From: Selaginella moellendorffii
Lineage: Eukaryota > Plantae > Lycopodiophyta
DNA length: 64,000 nt
Direction of reading: 5' to 3'
NCBI RefSeq assembly: GCF_000143415.4
Contig: NW_003314275.1
Coordinates: forward strand, 1,617,955 to 1,681,954
Position numbers and translations under genes: made by a program. Numbering within the stretch: position 1 is the stretch's first letter; every line of letters starts with the position of its first letter. The notes under the pieces are model-generated. The model did no database searches. It was not told the origin of the DNA and saw only the letters and a list, made by a program, of their open reading frames with translations. Positions 1-12,265 of the stretch are shown in pieces.

Positions 1-1634
1 CGGCCCTGCGAGTCCGTCACGCGGCCATCGTCGAGTATCTGGAGGAAGATGTTGAAGACGTCCGTGTGAGCCTTTTCTATCTCGTCGAAGAGAACCACCG
101 AGTAAGGCCGCCGGCGGACGCTCTCGGTCAGCTGCCCGCCTTCTTCGTATCCCACGTATCCTGGAGGAGCGCCAGTGAGCCGGGACACGGCGTGCTTCTC
201 CATGTACTCGCTCATGTCGAATCTCAGCAGCGCTTTGTCCGTGTCGAACAGGTATTCGGCTAGAGCCTTGGCCAGCTCCGTTTTCCCGACTCCGGTCGGC
301 CCCATGAACATGAAGCTGGCGATAGGACGGTTTGGATCCGCGAGTCCAGCTCTGGAACGGCGTATAGCATCGGCCACGGCTTGCACTGCGGGGTCTTGGC
401 CGATCAAGCGCTTGTGTAAGTGTTCGTCGAGGTGGAGCAGCTTCTCCATCTCGGACTGGAGCAGCCTTGAGACGGGAATCTTTGTCCACTTGCTGACTAT
501 CTTAGCACTTTCCAGAGCTGCATCCTTCTCAAGGTACTTGCGATATTCCTTTATTGTCGTGGCACCAATGCACCTCAATTCACCATGGCCAAGCATTGGC
601 TTCAGCAAGTTTCCAACATCCATCGCTCCCGACGTGGCACCTGTAAAAACAAGTACCGTGCTTGCAGTCGAAAATGCAAAATCCCACACACAAAGTACCT
701 GCCCGACGACCATGTGGATTTCATCAATGTACCCCTCTGACTCCTTTACTTCTTTTAGAACAGCTTTTAATCGATCTTCAAATTCTCCTTGAAACTTCGC
801 TCCTGCGATCAAGGCTCCCAAGTCCAATGATATCAGCTGCATTTTTAATGGTAAGGTGTTGCAATAGCACTCGCGTAAAACATACCCAAGTCAGCAGAAG
901 CCAGTGATTTCCATACCCTTCGGCTATAGCAGTCTTGCCCACACCAGGCTCTCCAATCACGACAGGATTGTTCTTGGTTCGCCGGCACACAAGATTTGAA
1001 TGCACCGTCGAATTTCGTCATCATGACCGATGACCGGATCAAGTTTTCCTTGGCGGGCCATCTCCGTCAAATCCACTCCAAATTTCTCGAGTGCTTCATA
1101 CTTGTTTTCAGGGGCTGGATCGAGAAAACAAACAACGAGACTGTTTAGAATTTTGACAAACAAAACAGCGAACCTTGATCAGTAACCTTCTGTGTCCCTC
1201 GAATGGCAGTGATCGCATCTTTAGTAGCCTTGGCATTGAGATCGAACTGCCCAAACAACTCCTTCCCGATACGAATGTCTTCTGCGAGTGCAAGGACTAA
1301 ATGCTCGATTGACGTATAATTATCTCCAAAGTCCTTCATGTGACCCTTGGCTCGATCGAGCAAACTGTCGAGGCTCTGGCCAAGCATAGCGCCAGATATG
1401 TTTCCCGTCACCTAGAAGAACACGCGCACAATAAGAATATAAAAAAACACTTTTCGCCTTAGGCTGGCGCTCGATGTATCGCTCAGTTGCTTGCAAAAGA
1501 GCTGAGTTATCAATCCCGGCCTCCTCCGTGCAAGACCATTTTTTTGCTCCAGCAAAGCCTTTAGAAGATGCTCGGTTTCTACAACCTGTTGTCTGTTTGA
1601 TTGTGCCAGTTCCACGGCGGAAACCATGGCTTGC
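1..1634 (-). pseudogene. Decayed partial tandem copy of the ClpB gene at 6142-9570 (continues past the window start)
   Basis: Near-identical to 6708-9203. Carries a ~760-bp deletion (junction at ~507/508), a 12-bp deletion at ~731, loss of a whole small exon at ~886, a 2-bp insertion at ~988 and a 10-bp deletion at ~1522. The transit-peptide exon is absent. Confidence 0.92.
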
Positions 1635-1696
1635 CTTGTTTAGAAAAAGAATCAAGTTTCTCGCTGAATATCATTCTTAACATTACTAATGAAAAT

Positions 1697-1768
1697 GGAG
1701 GTATGGCTCAGCGGTAGAGCAATCGGCTGCAGTTCGATAGGTCACTAGTTCGATCCTGCTTGCCTCCT
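1697..1768 (+). tRNA. tRNA-Cys (GCA), slightly imperfect T-stem
   Basis: Cloverleaf: acceptor GGAGGTA/TGCCTCC, D-arm GCTC/GAGC, anticodon stem ATCGG/TCGAT with loop CTGCAGT, T-loop TTCGATC. Confidence 0.85.
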
Positions 1769-1951
1769 CTTCCAGTTTGAACTTCCCAAGATTGGCGAGG
1801 TTGGTGGTATTAGCTACAATTTGACAAATCATTTTTTGAAACTCAGCTCTGAATCCATTTGTGTTTCATGCTCTAGAAAGACCCTTCAAGGACCATGTAG
1901 ATAGATCTTCTTCACAAGAAAAGTAAATGGTTGAACACCTTTGCTGTGATC

Positions 1952-2628
1952 CTATGCTTCGTCTTCCTCTTCCAGCACATAAGTTGGCCATTGCGTCCGG
2001 ATTTGCGAGCCGGGAACCGTTTCACTCAACTGGAACGATCCCGCAACTGGTTGATCGCTACCTCCCAGCTGCTGGTACCTCGAGATTTGCGAAGAGTCGC
2101 CGCCGCCAGCTTTGTGGAAGAACGCATAAGTTGGCAGCACCACCGCGAGGATCATGGCCAGATGCAAGTTAAACTGGAGCGTCATGATCGCCTTGCCTGT
2201 GTGCAATGCCATCATCCCTTTGCAGTGAACTGCGTAGTCGCCCTCGCCGTTTCGATCCAGCCAGCAGACATCCCCCTGGACGAGAAGATCGAGCTGGCCA
2301 TCTGGAAGAACCAAGCTCCCTGGAGGATCAATCCCAAGCTCTGAATAAAACGCAGCAGCTCACTGCGGGTGTAGCAAATCCTGAGAAGCGTCGACAGTAA
2401 ACACACGCCGATCGGGACGAGGAGGAGCCGATGGTACTGCCCCTGGACGCCGCTGCCATCGTCTTCCTTGAGATAGAAGAGGAAGAACTCCAATCCAAAT
2501 GCCGTCACTGCGAGGAGCCGCAAAATCTCTTTTGGGAGCGGCAAAATCCTGGTCTTCTCCTTGAGGATCGCGGCGAGGGAGTAGACGAGGAACATAGAGC
2601 GCCTCGCACCCATGCCCTCCCATCCCAT
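1952..2628 (-). pseudogene. TMEM45/DUF716-family membrane protein, 5'-truncated and frameshifted
   Basis: Frame 1 reads ...AFGLEFFLFY...GQYHRLLLVPIGVC...LILQGAWFFQM. The continuation YAVHCKG...KAIMTLQFNLHLA is in another frame (shift at ~2260-2290). The N-terminus is replaced by AT-rich DNA above 2630. Confidence 0.75.
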
Positions 2629-2689
2629 AGCTCGATATTAATATTATTTGTTATAATATACCCTTTATTGTTGAAACTTATACAAATCT

Positions 2690-2880
2690 GTTGCGCATTA
2701 CTTATTTATGTAGTAACGTAATTATTTTTATTTATTAACTTAATTGATCAAGTGGAGCTTTATAATTACAAACATATTTATAATTTATAATGCAAGATTA
2801 TTATAAATTTTAAATACAAATTAATCTAACCGTTAAATGGTAAAATATCTCAGAATATCTAAGCATATTCACATATCAAA
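2690..2880. repeat. Copy of the AT-rich repeat family also found at 10190-11485
   Basis: acaaacatatttataatttataa...caagatta...atggtaaaatatctcagaatatctaagcatatt matches 11270-11465. Confidence 0.65.
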
Positions 2881-3848
2881 AATGTAATTTCTTTGGTATA
2901 TAACATAATTTCAAATTGTGTGTGTGCTAGTGGAAAGGGGTGCTAGCAATCCACTAGAACGATTGATTGATCCATGGCTTGGAGCGTGGGGACCTTTCTT
3001 CCAAAATTGATGGATTTTTTTTCCACTCACTGTTCTTTCTTTTTGTTTTCTTATAGAGATTTATTTTATTTTTTTATAAAGTTTATCAGGCCCTTTTACA
3101 TAAATAACAGGTTCAGATTATTCACTTAAAAGTTTTAGTATCTGCTTCTGGACAACCCCACACAATGGGATGATGCTATACATGAGAATTTGTCCTAAAA
3201 CACTACTCCATGGCCTTGAACTTTCAGAGTGATCCCAGAGTGACATCTGCAAATGAATCTCCAAATGCTGAATAAGTCGCAAGGAGACTTCCACAATCTT
3301 GCGGAAGATCAACGCCAGGCCAGCTGGCCGCAAGAACACAATTACACCATCATTCTCTTGATTGGGCCTTGAGAGGAGACACTTAATATTCAAATGTGCA
3401 GATATACTTTGATTCTGCCGCGGGAGTCAATGTGACTTCTTGCCATGTGTTCGATGGAAGCATAAAAGTCAAGCCAAGATTGGGGAAAGAACACAAATTT
3501 GGATGGATTCTTTCCACCCCCACCGTACCCGTCAAAATTCTGGCTCGAATACAAGATAAAAGACAGCAAACAAAGGAGCAAGGAGAAAACCAAAACCCGA
3601 GATTCCATAAACTTTTCTCTCGAGTTTTATTGAAAGCGAGAAGCGAACCTTTAATCCCACGATACTCTTCTCGGACGTGACAAAACCCTCAGAGTCAGCT
3701 CCCTAGAAATCAAATGACGTCGTCTTTTATGGCCTCGTCTCTCTTTTAAGTAAGCGAAACAAACAAAGTGGCTTTGGGGGAGATTTTTACTCTGTTCGCG
3801 TGTGAATCCTCAGCGAGCGAGCGCGGGGATAGCGATTGATCGAACTCC

Positions 3849-5954
3849 ATGGCGTTCACTTCTCGAGCTTGGAGAGTGGCACCCTTCATCTTTGGTACCA
3901 AATTGATGCTTGGATAGATTTTGGGTCTTTTCCTTTTCTCTAGCCTCTTGAATTTTGACTCTCCATGGTCTTGATCATTGTTACATTCTTCTTCTCATGG
4001 TTTGGATACATCATCTTGATTTGTGATTTGATTTCTTCTTTGGCAGCGGTGGTGACGCTCGAACAGGCAGCTTCTTTCTCAATTGGGATCAATCTCTTCA
4101 CGTTTGCATTCAACACGGAGCATTTCAGCCTCGCCACTGCTGCCAACATTGTGACCAACTTCATGGGAACGATGTTTCTCCTCACGCTCCTTGGAGGGCT
4201 TGTGGCAGATCTCTGGTGGAGTCGGTTCAAGACGATCGTCGTCTCTGGCGTCCTGGAAATCCTGGTAAAGATCTCTCTCTTTCTTATCTCCATTTCTCGG
4301 ATTTCCAAAACAAAAACAAAAATATATTGATGATCTTCTGCGCAGGGGATTCTTCTCGTGGCGCTCGCAGCATCTATAAAATCTCTCACTCCACCCGAGT
4401 GCCAGCTTCTAGATGCTTCCTGCAAGAGCGCAACCTCTTCCCAAAAGGCAGTGTTCTTTGGAGGACTCTACCTTCTAGCACTTGGAGCCGGAGGTGTCAA
4501 AGCCAACATCGCGACCATGGGAGCTGTCCACTTCGACGAGAACTCGCCCGTGGAGAAGAAAGAGCTGGGGACGTACTTCAACACTTACTTCATCCATTTC
4601 TGCGTCGGAGCGCTCATTGCGATCACGGCACTCGTCTACACGCAAGAAAACGTCTCCTTCGAAGTTGGCTATCTCATCGCGCTTGGATGCATGGTATTGG
4701 GCGTGATCGTCGCTGCCGCTGGCTATCCACTCTATCGACACAACNNNNNNNNNNNNNNNNNNNNNNNNNNNNNNNNNNNNNNNNNNNNNNNNNNNNNNNN
4801 NNNNNNNNNNNNNNNNNNNNNNNNNNNNNNNNNNNNNNNNNNNNAGCTTCGCCCAAGTTGTCGTGGCCGCGTTTAGGAACCGCAAGCTTCCAGTTTTGTC
4901 CCCGGAAGTTCTCCATCAGGGTCCTCTCGATGACTCAAAGATGGGCTATAGGATCGAGCACACGGACCAGTTCACGTAAGATTTTGAGATTCACCTCGAT
5001 ATAGTGATCAATCGTCTTTGTAACCATGGCAGCTTCTTGGATCGAGCAGCCATCGTCGACTATAACTCTCCCCCGACCGCACAAACCAGCCCTTGGAAGC
5101 TGTGCACAGTGACACAGGTCGAGGAGGTGAAGCTCATCCTGCGAATCCTCCCGATCTTCGCGAGCACCATCGTTTTGAACTGCGTCATCGCTCAAGTCCA
5201 GACAGTAACACTCCAGCAAGGCCGGACGATGGATCGAAGGATCACCAAGAGCTTCGAGATACCTCCGGCGTCGGTGGCAGCGCTCCCGGTCGTGTTCATG
5301 ATCATAGCTCTCCCAATCTACGACCGGATCTTCGTGCCAATCGCGCGGCGAGTCACGGGTCACGAGAACGGGATCACGTACTTGCAAAGGATCTCCGTGG
5401 GCTTGCTTCTGGCGATCGCGAGTATGGTGGTGGCGGCGCTGGTGGAGAAGAAGCGCATCCGCGTCGCTCGGGAGTTTGGGCTCCTCGATTCGCCCACCGC
5501 GAGGGTGCCGCTCAAGATCTACTGGATCATGATCCAGTACTTCATCATTGGGCTGGCGGACATGTTCACATTCGTGGGTCTCATGGAGTTCTTCTACCGC
5601 GAGGCCCCCGAGAGAGTTCGCAACATGTCCACGGCGCTGACCTTTGTCTCGCTCTCCCTGGGGTACTTCCTGAGCTCCACCATTGTGGACATTGTGAAGA
5701 GCGTTACTACAAAAGGTGGCGGGCTCGGGTGGCTGCCAAGCAACATCAACAGGGGTAACATCAGCAACTTCTACCTGCTGCTTGCAAGCGTCAGCGCCGT
5801 CAACTTCGTGGTGTATGTGGCATGCGCGAGGTGGTACAGGTATAGAGATCACAGTGATGCTGATTCGGCATTGGATCGTGATGTTGAGTTAGAGGATGCA
5901 CCATCAAAAGCTACGGATATTGGTAGTGTGAGCAAGAGGCCCTTGATGGCCTAG
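3849..5954 (+). CDS. NRT1/PTR (NPF/POT) family transporter, multi-exon, spans an assembly gap
   Basis: MAFTSRAWRVAPFIF | AANIVTNF.GT...LLGGLVAD, LYLLALGAGGVK, FLDRAA, PWKLCTVTQVEEVK, LQRISVGL, EFFYREAP motifs; GT-AG introns. Confidence 0.95.
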
Positions 5955-6141
5955 ACAATATTTCAGGAAATGTCCATACAGATTCTTATATAAAATCTCA
6001 CCAATCAAGCTGTGCTAACTCCACATTTTACATGACATTGTTTTGGTGTCTACCAGCTTACAAACATGTAATTGGATTCTGATAAAAGTTAGTAAAAGTG
6101 TAACTCGAGCTCCACAAAAAAAAAAAAACAGAAGAAACTTT

Positions 6142-9100
6142 TCACGCTACAGCGACCAGCTGATGTAAAGAAGGCGACCATTTTCTCATGGCCAGCTTCC
6201 CGTCCTCGGTCATGATAAGCACCGTGTCCTCCTCCTTGAACTCGCCCTTCAAAATCCCTTTAGCCAGCTCGTTGGTCACGTACTGCTGGATCACTCGCTT
6301 CACTGGCCTGGCGCCATAGTTCGGATCATATCCAAGCTTGGCAAACACCTGCACCGCATCGTCCGTGATCTTCAAAGAGATCTTGCGGTGTTGGAGTCTC
6401 TTCTCCACGTTTTGCAGCTAGAGAAAAAAAGCCAAAGATCATAAACTGCCTGATCGCAAAAACACAACTTACCTGGAGCTTGACGATTTCTTGGATCTGA
6501 TCCACGTCCAGGGGCTGGAACACGATGAACTCGTCCACCCTGTTCATGAACTCTGGCCGGAAGGTGGAGCGAGCCACTTCCATCACCGTCTCCTTCATCG
6601 ACTGATATGCCGCGTTCTTGTCGCCCGATGATTTCAGAGCGTCCAGGATGTGCTGCGAGCCGAGGTTGGACGTCATGATCACCACGGTGTTGGTGAAGTT
6701 CACCGTCCGGCCCTGCGAGTCCGTCACGCGGCCATCGTCGAGTATCTGGAGGAAGATGTTGAAGACGTCCGTGTGAGCCTTTTCAATCTCGTCGAAGAGA
6801 ACCACCGAGTAAGGCCGCCGGCGGACGCTCTCGGTCAGCTGCCCGCCTTCTTCGTATCCCACGTATCCTGGAGGAGCGCCAATGAGCCGGGACACAGCGT
6901 GCTTCTCCATGTACTCGCTCATGTCGAATCTCAGCAGCGCTTTGTCCGTGTCGAACAGGTATTCGGCTAGAGCTTTGGCCAGCTCCGTTTTCCCGACTCC
7001 GGTCGGCCCCATGAACATGAAGCTGGCGATAGGACGGTTTGGATCCGCGAGTCCAGCTCTGGAACGGCGTATAGCATCGGCCACGGCTTGCACTGCGGGG
7101 TCTTGGCCGATCAAGCGCTTGTGTAAGTGTTCGTCGAGGTGGAGCAGCTTCTCCATCTCGGACTGGAGCAGCCTTGAGACGGGAATCTTTGTCCACTTGC
7201 TGACTATCTCAGCAATGTCGTCGGCAGTGATCTCCTCTCGCAGCATTGCTTTCTCAGACTTCCTGTACGTTGCAAGCTCGCCTTCGGCTTCGTTGAGTTG
7301 CTTTTGTAAGTTGGTAAGGACGCCATACTTGAGCTCGGCGGCTCTGTTGAGGTCGTAGTCTCTCTCGGCCTGTTGGATTTCGAGATTGACACGGTCAATC
7401 TGCCAAACACAAGCGCAAGTTAAGTTTCTGCTCTGCGACCAAAAAAAGAAGGAAAAACACAAAAACATGTGTACCTCTTCTTTGATCGAGTTGATGCGAG
7501 TCATGATCGACTTTTCCATCTCCCATTGCTGCTGCAAGGCCTTCTGTTTCTCTTTGAGAGATGCTAGCTCTGCTTCTAGCTTCTGCAGCCTCTCGCGGGA
7601 AGCTTTATCATTGTCATGTTCAACAGACAAACGCTCCATCTCCAGCTTGATGATAACCCGATCAATCTCGTCTAGAGCAGTCGGCTTCGACGTCCTCTCC
7701 ATCTTCAGCTTTGCAGCGGCCTCGTCAACAAGATCGATGGCTATGGTACACGAAGAAAAAATGAAAACATATCCAAGACACAAATTGATAAATCTCGCAC
7801 CTTTGTCTGGTAAGAAACGGTCGCTGATGTATCGAGAAGAGAGTATAGCAGCTTCGACTAAAGCGTTGTCTGAGATTTTTACTCCGTGGTGAAGCTCGTA
7901 TTTCTCTCGCAATCCACGAAGAATGGATATCGCATCTTCCACGGCAGGCTCCGCAACATAAACTTGCTGGAAACGCCTTTCCAGAGCTGCATCCTTCTCA
8001 AGGTACTTGCGATATTCCTTTATTGTCGTGGCACCAATGCACCTCAGTTCACCACGGCCCAGCATTGGCCTTAGCAAGTTTCCAGCATCCATGGCTCCCG
8101 AGGTGGCACCTGAAAAAACAAGTACCGTGCTTGCAGTCGAAAATGCAAAATCCCACACACAAAGTACCTGCCCCGACGACCATGTGGATTTCGTCAATGA
8201 AAAGCACAATGTACCCCTCGGACTCCTTCACTTCTTTTAGAACAGCTTTTAATCGATCTTCAAATTCTCCTTGAAACTTCGCTCCTGCGATCAAGGCTCC
8301 CAAGTCCAATGATATCAGCTGCATTTTTAATGGTAAGGTGTTGCAATAGCACTCGCGTAAAACATACCTTCCGGTTGGCAAGGGCCTCGGGTACGTCTCC
8401 TTGAACTATACGCTGAGCAAGTCTATGCAAAAAAATCAAGTCAGCAGAAGCCAGTGATTTCCATACCCTTCGGCTATAGCAGTCTTGCCCACACCAGGCT
8501 CTCCAATCACGACAGGATTGTTCTTGGTTCGCCGGCACAAGATTTGAATGCACCGTCGAATTTCGTCATCACGACCGATGACCGGATCAAGCTTTCCTTG
8601 GCGGGCCATCTCAGTCAAATCCACTCCAAATTTCTCTAGTGCTTCATACTTGTTTTCAGGGGCTGGAACAAGAAAACAAACGAGTGTTGAAATTTTTTGG
8701 CAAAGAAAACAGCGAACCTTGATCAGTAACCTTCTGTGTCCCTCGAATGGCAGTGATCGCATCTTTAGTAGCCTTGGCATTGAGACCGAACTGCCCAAAC
8801 AACTCCTTCCCGATACGAATGTCTTCCGCGAGTGCAAGAACTAAATGCTCGATTGACGTATAATTATCTCCAAAGTCCTTCATGTGACCCTTGGCTCGAT
8901 CGAGTAAACTGTCGAGGCTCTGGCCAAGCATAGCGCCAGATATGTTTCCCGTCACCTAGAAGAACACGCGCACAATAAGAATGTCTCAATCGAAAGAAAA
9001 AAAAACACTTTTCACCTTAGGCTGGCGCTCGATGTATCGCTCAGTTGCTTGCAAAAGAGCCGAGTTATCAATCCCGGCCTTGGTGAAAATCCTCCGTGCA

Positions 9101-9570
9101 AGACCATTTTTTTGCTCCAGCAAAGCCTTTAGAAGATGCTCGGTTTCTACAACCTGTTGTCTGTTTGATTGTGCCAGTTCCACGGCGGAAACCATGGCTT
9201 GCCAAGCCATGTTTGTGTAATCCTTGGGAGAAAGCTGCCAGGAAAGAAAGAGAAAAGAAACTCTTGGAATTAGAGAACTAGGCAAATAAGAAACACTCAC
9301 AGTGACCGGCGCTTCCAAGCGCGAGGTGCCATGGAAGCCTCGCCTGTGATCCAGCGACCATAGAACGCCTCGCCGGTAGAGACTGTCGGACCAGAATCTG
9401 GAGGACGCGCTGTGCGCGATACCTCTCCCGGAAACTTCTGCCGCTACAACTGATCCAGATTGACTGCTAGAGCTACTCAGATTTCGCGTGGCGCCACCGG
9501 CGATGCATCGCACCTGTGGCAGCAGCTCGTCCGCCGCTCGCAACGCTCGCCCGATCGCTCTCCCCTGCAT
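6142..9570 (-). CDS. CLPB: Organellar (probably mitochondrial) ClpB/Hsp100 disaggregase
   Basis: Arg/Ser-rich presequence, Clp-N repeats, NBD1 GEPGVGKT and FIDEIH, coiled-coil M-domain, NBD2 GPTGVGKTE and [15 protein letters not shown]. Confidence 0.97.
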
Positions 9571-9759
9571 CCTTCGTTGTCACAAAACCCTAAAATCACT
9601 AGCACAGCCAGGAAGGAAATGCTAGAGGTTTTTGGAGGGTTTTACACGTGGCACACTAGCAGTTTTGTTAATTTGCAAATAGAGGTTAGCAATTCAATTC
9701 TGAATTTTAAAGGAATAGTACGTGTTTGAGTAGTTTGCTTGGATCCCATAAAAGAAAGG

Positions 9760-9900
9760 CCCAAAAAGCTCTTAAAAACTTCTTTGGTGTCTTCCATGTT
9801 TCTGCATTACTTTGATTTCATAGTCAACAATCTCTTCCACTTGTTACTTCAATTGAATCCTCTGTACAAAGGCCAGCCACTCAGCGATTTGCACAACATT
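9760..9900. pseudogene. Scrambled fragment of the tau GST locus at 17.4 kb
   Basis: 9760-9799 matches the reverse complement of 17363-17400. About 9819-9900 is a degenerate forward match to GST exon 1 (caattgaatcctctgtacaa...ggccagcc...gcgatt.gc.caacat). Confidence 0.7.
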
Positions 9901-10190
9901 TATTATTTATTAAATATACAAACTAGAAGAAATTATTTAAGTACTAAGGTTATGGTTAGAGTAGTTGAGGTCCTTAAAACATTGATGTATAATTTAAGTT
10001 TAATGTGGACTTTATAAATTAGTAGATTTCATGTTCCATTGAAAATTTTTAAATGTAGATTGTTAATGTAATTATAATGGTCAGAAGAAATAAATGATAT
10101 ATATACAGAAGAAGGTTTATATGATAGATTTGTCATCTATAAAGTCTGACATTTAAGTTTTTAAAACTTTATTATTTATTATTTATACTT

Positions 10191-11485
10191 TGGTGATAGT
10201 GAATATACCTAGAATCTATATTCTCTCATCTACATTTATATTAATATTGTCTTTATATGTTTATAATTTATAAACTTTCTTAAACACCTCTAAGTATATT
10301 CTAGCAATTAAATTCATCTTGTATTTATAAATTATAAACATGTTTATAATTTAAATAATTTACAGTGTGTTCCATGCAGCAACACTTGGTTTGTTTAATA
10401 GTAGTATTATTTGTATTTATTAATCTAATTTATTTATAATTATAAACATGTTTATAAATTATAAACACAATATTAATCTTATTACATATCAACCATTAGA
10501 AGGTAGAATAAACTAGAATATACTACGAAGTGTTTAGGAAAATTTATACATTATAATAATAAGATTAATCTAAATGAATAACACATTAGATGGTAGAATA
10601 TCTTAGAATATCCAGGAATATGCTAGATATATTCCAATCCCTCTACAGGTCAAACCAAAAACTCTCTTAAACTTTAAGCCATGCAAAAGAGGTTCAAAAT
10701 TCTAATTTTCTGGAGTTAGCTGAAATCACAAGTTAGGATCAACATTTTTTTGCCATTAATAACTCTGGTAAGGGAATTTATTATACATATGGTAAGAACA
10801 TGTATCAAGAACTTGTGGAAAAATACTCCAGAATCTAAGAAAATATTTAGGGGCAAAATGAAGGATTACTAACGGTTAAAAGGCTTAAAAGTTGCAAAGA
10901 GAATATTGTCAGGTTGATAAATGTCATATATTATTGACCGAATCTAAGCTTAGATAACAAAAAAATGATATATAACTTAATTAAAACCCATAAAGATTAT
11001 AACATATTATTTTGCTTTTTTATTTAAAATTTTAATATATTATTATATTTTAAGTATTTTACAATATTGAGTGACTTAAGTCTATAATAAATAAAAAATA
11101 ATTAATAATTTCAAAAAGTAAATTAAATAATAGTATTTTTTCTACCATATAAAAACTTACAATATGTTTTAAAAATTAAATTAGAATTAAAATTTTTAAA
11201 ATAATTTACTGCATGTTGCATATAGCAATGCTTGCTTAATAGTAGTGTTAATCCTATTATTAATCTATAATTATAAACATGTTTAGAATTTATAAACACA
11301 AGATTAATTATATTGAATATAAACCATTAGATGGTAGAATTAACTAGAATATACTAGGAAGTGTTTAGGATCGTTTATAAATTATATAATTTATAAATAC
11401 AAGATTAATATAAATGAATTACAACCTTTAGATGGCAGAATATTCTAGAATATTCAAGCATATTCTAGGTATATGCACTACCACA
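10191..11485. mobile_element. AT-rich non-autonomous inverted-repeat (foldback/MITE-like) element
   Basis: Left end gtgatagtgaatatacctagaat pairs with right end attctaggtatatgcactaccac, and the inverted similarity extends ~150 bp. Internal direct repeat ~10370-10640 vs ~11205-11480. No ORF. Confidence 0.6.
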
Positions 11486-12090
11486 CAGGTTTACTTAAGC
11501 AAACCAAAAAATGTAGAATAAATAAGGATATTACAGTGGAAAAAACTTCTTTATTTGTTGATATTTTAGATAATCCTAAATATAAATTTTGATTAGGCGT
11601 TGTAATATGTCCCCATACTAAAATACTATCCATAAAATTGCATAAAACAGTTAAGGTTAAACTCAGTTATCATGCTCTTATTTTGGTATATATCCTTTAA
11701 TTATGATTATTAGTATGTATGAAAGAAGATGGACCTCAATATTCTATAAATGTTTTTAAAGTATCATAAATGAAATTTATTTGATTGTTAGGGCTCATTA
11801 GTTAACATAATTATATATTCTATAAATGTTCTATGACTCAGTAATTCCCTTAGTTCAGAATTCCTTACTTTAGATGCAACTCTGTTATTATTTATTTTTC
11901 TAGGAAATGTTTCTTCTAATAATTTTCAATTCTTTATTAAAGCATAAGCAGTTTCATCATTAAAAAGTACATCACAATCTCCATAATATCTTTTAGTTTT
12001 AGGAGCTGGATCATTTCTATGAGTTCGGCTTGCAAATTCCTGAAGCAAAAAACTTAAACGTACATTAATACAACATATTTATGATGATGC

Positions 12091-12265
12091 TGTGAGGTCA
12101 AGTGTATGGCTACATAGCCATATACTAATATTAATATAGTGGGATTTTGATATTTGTTAGATTGATATTAATCTGGACCACTCACTCCTATATATAAGCT
12201 ATGGTTTTTAAGTTAATTAAGATGTACATTTCTGTATTTTAATTTCTATATTCCATACACTCACA
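12091..12265 (+). repeat. 5' LTR (TGTGAG...CTCACA) followed by a PBS-like TGGTGGA
   Basis: 6-bp terminal inverted repeat, internal TATATAAG, similarity to 16965-17102. Confidence 0.75.

Noticed and set aside
2926-2958. CTAGTGGA...TCCACTAG hairpin as a Helitron 3' end
   Set aside because: Geometry does not fit a hairpin followed by a separate CTRR terminus, and no 5' end was found
3118-3608. Two abutting minus-strand ORFs starting with a signal-anchor (MESRVLVFSLLLC...)
   Set aside because: May be a frameshifted type-II membrane protein relic, but I cannot assign a family or gene model
4935-5852. 305-aa minus-strand ORF and other overlapping ORFs
   Set aside because: Antisense or alternative-frame shadows of the NPF exon
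9600-9660. Heat-shock element upstream of ClpB
   Set aside because: Only degenerate nGAAn-like units; a G-box CACGTGGC is present but a canonical HSE is not supported
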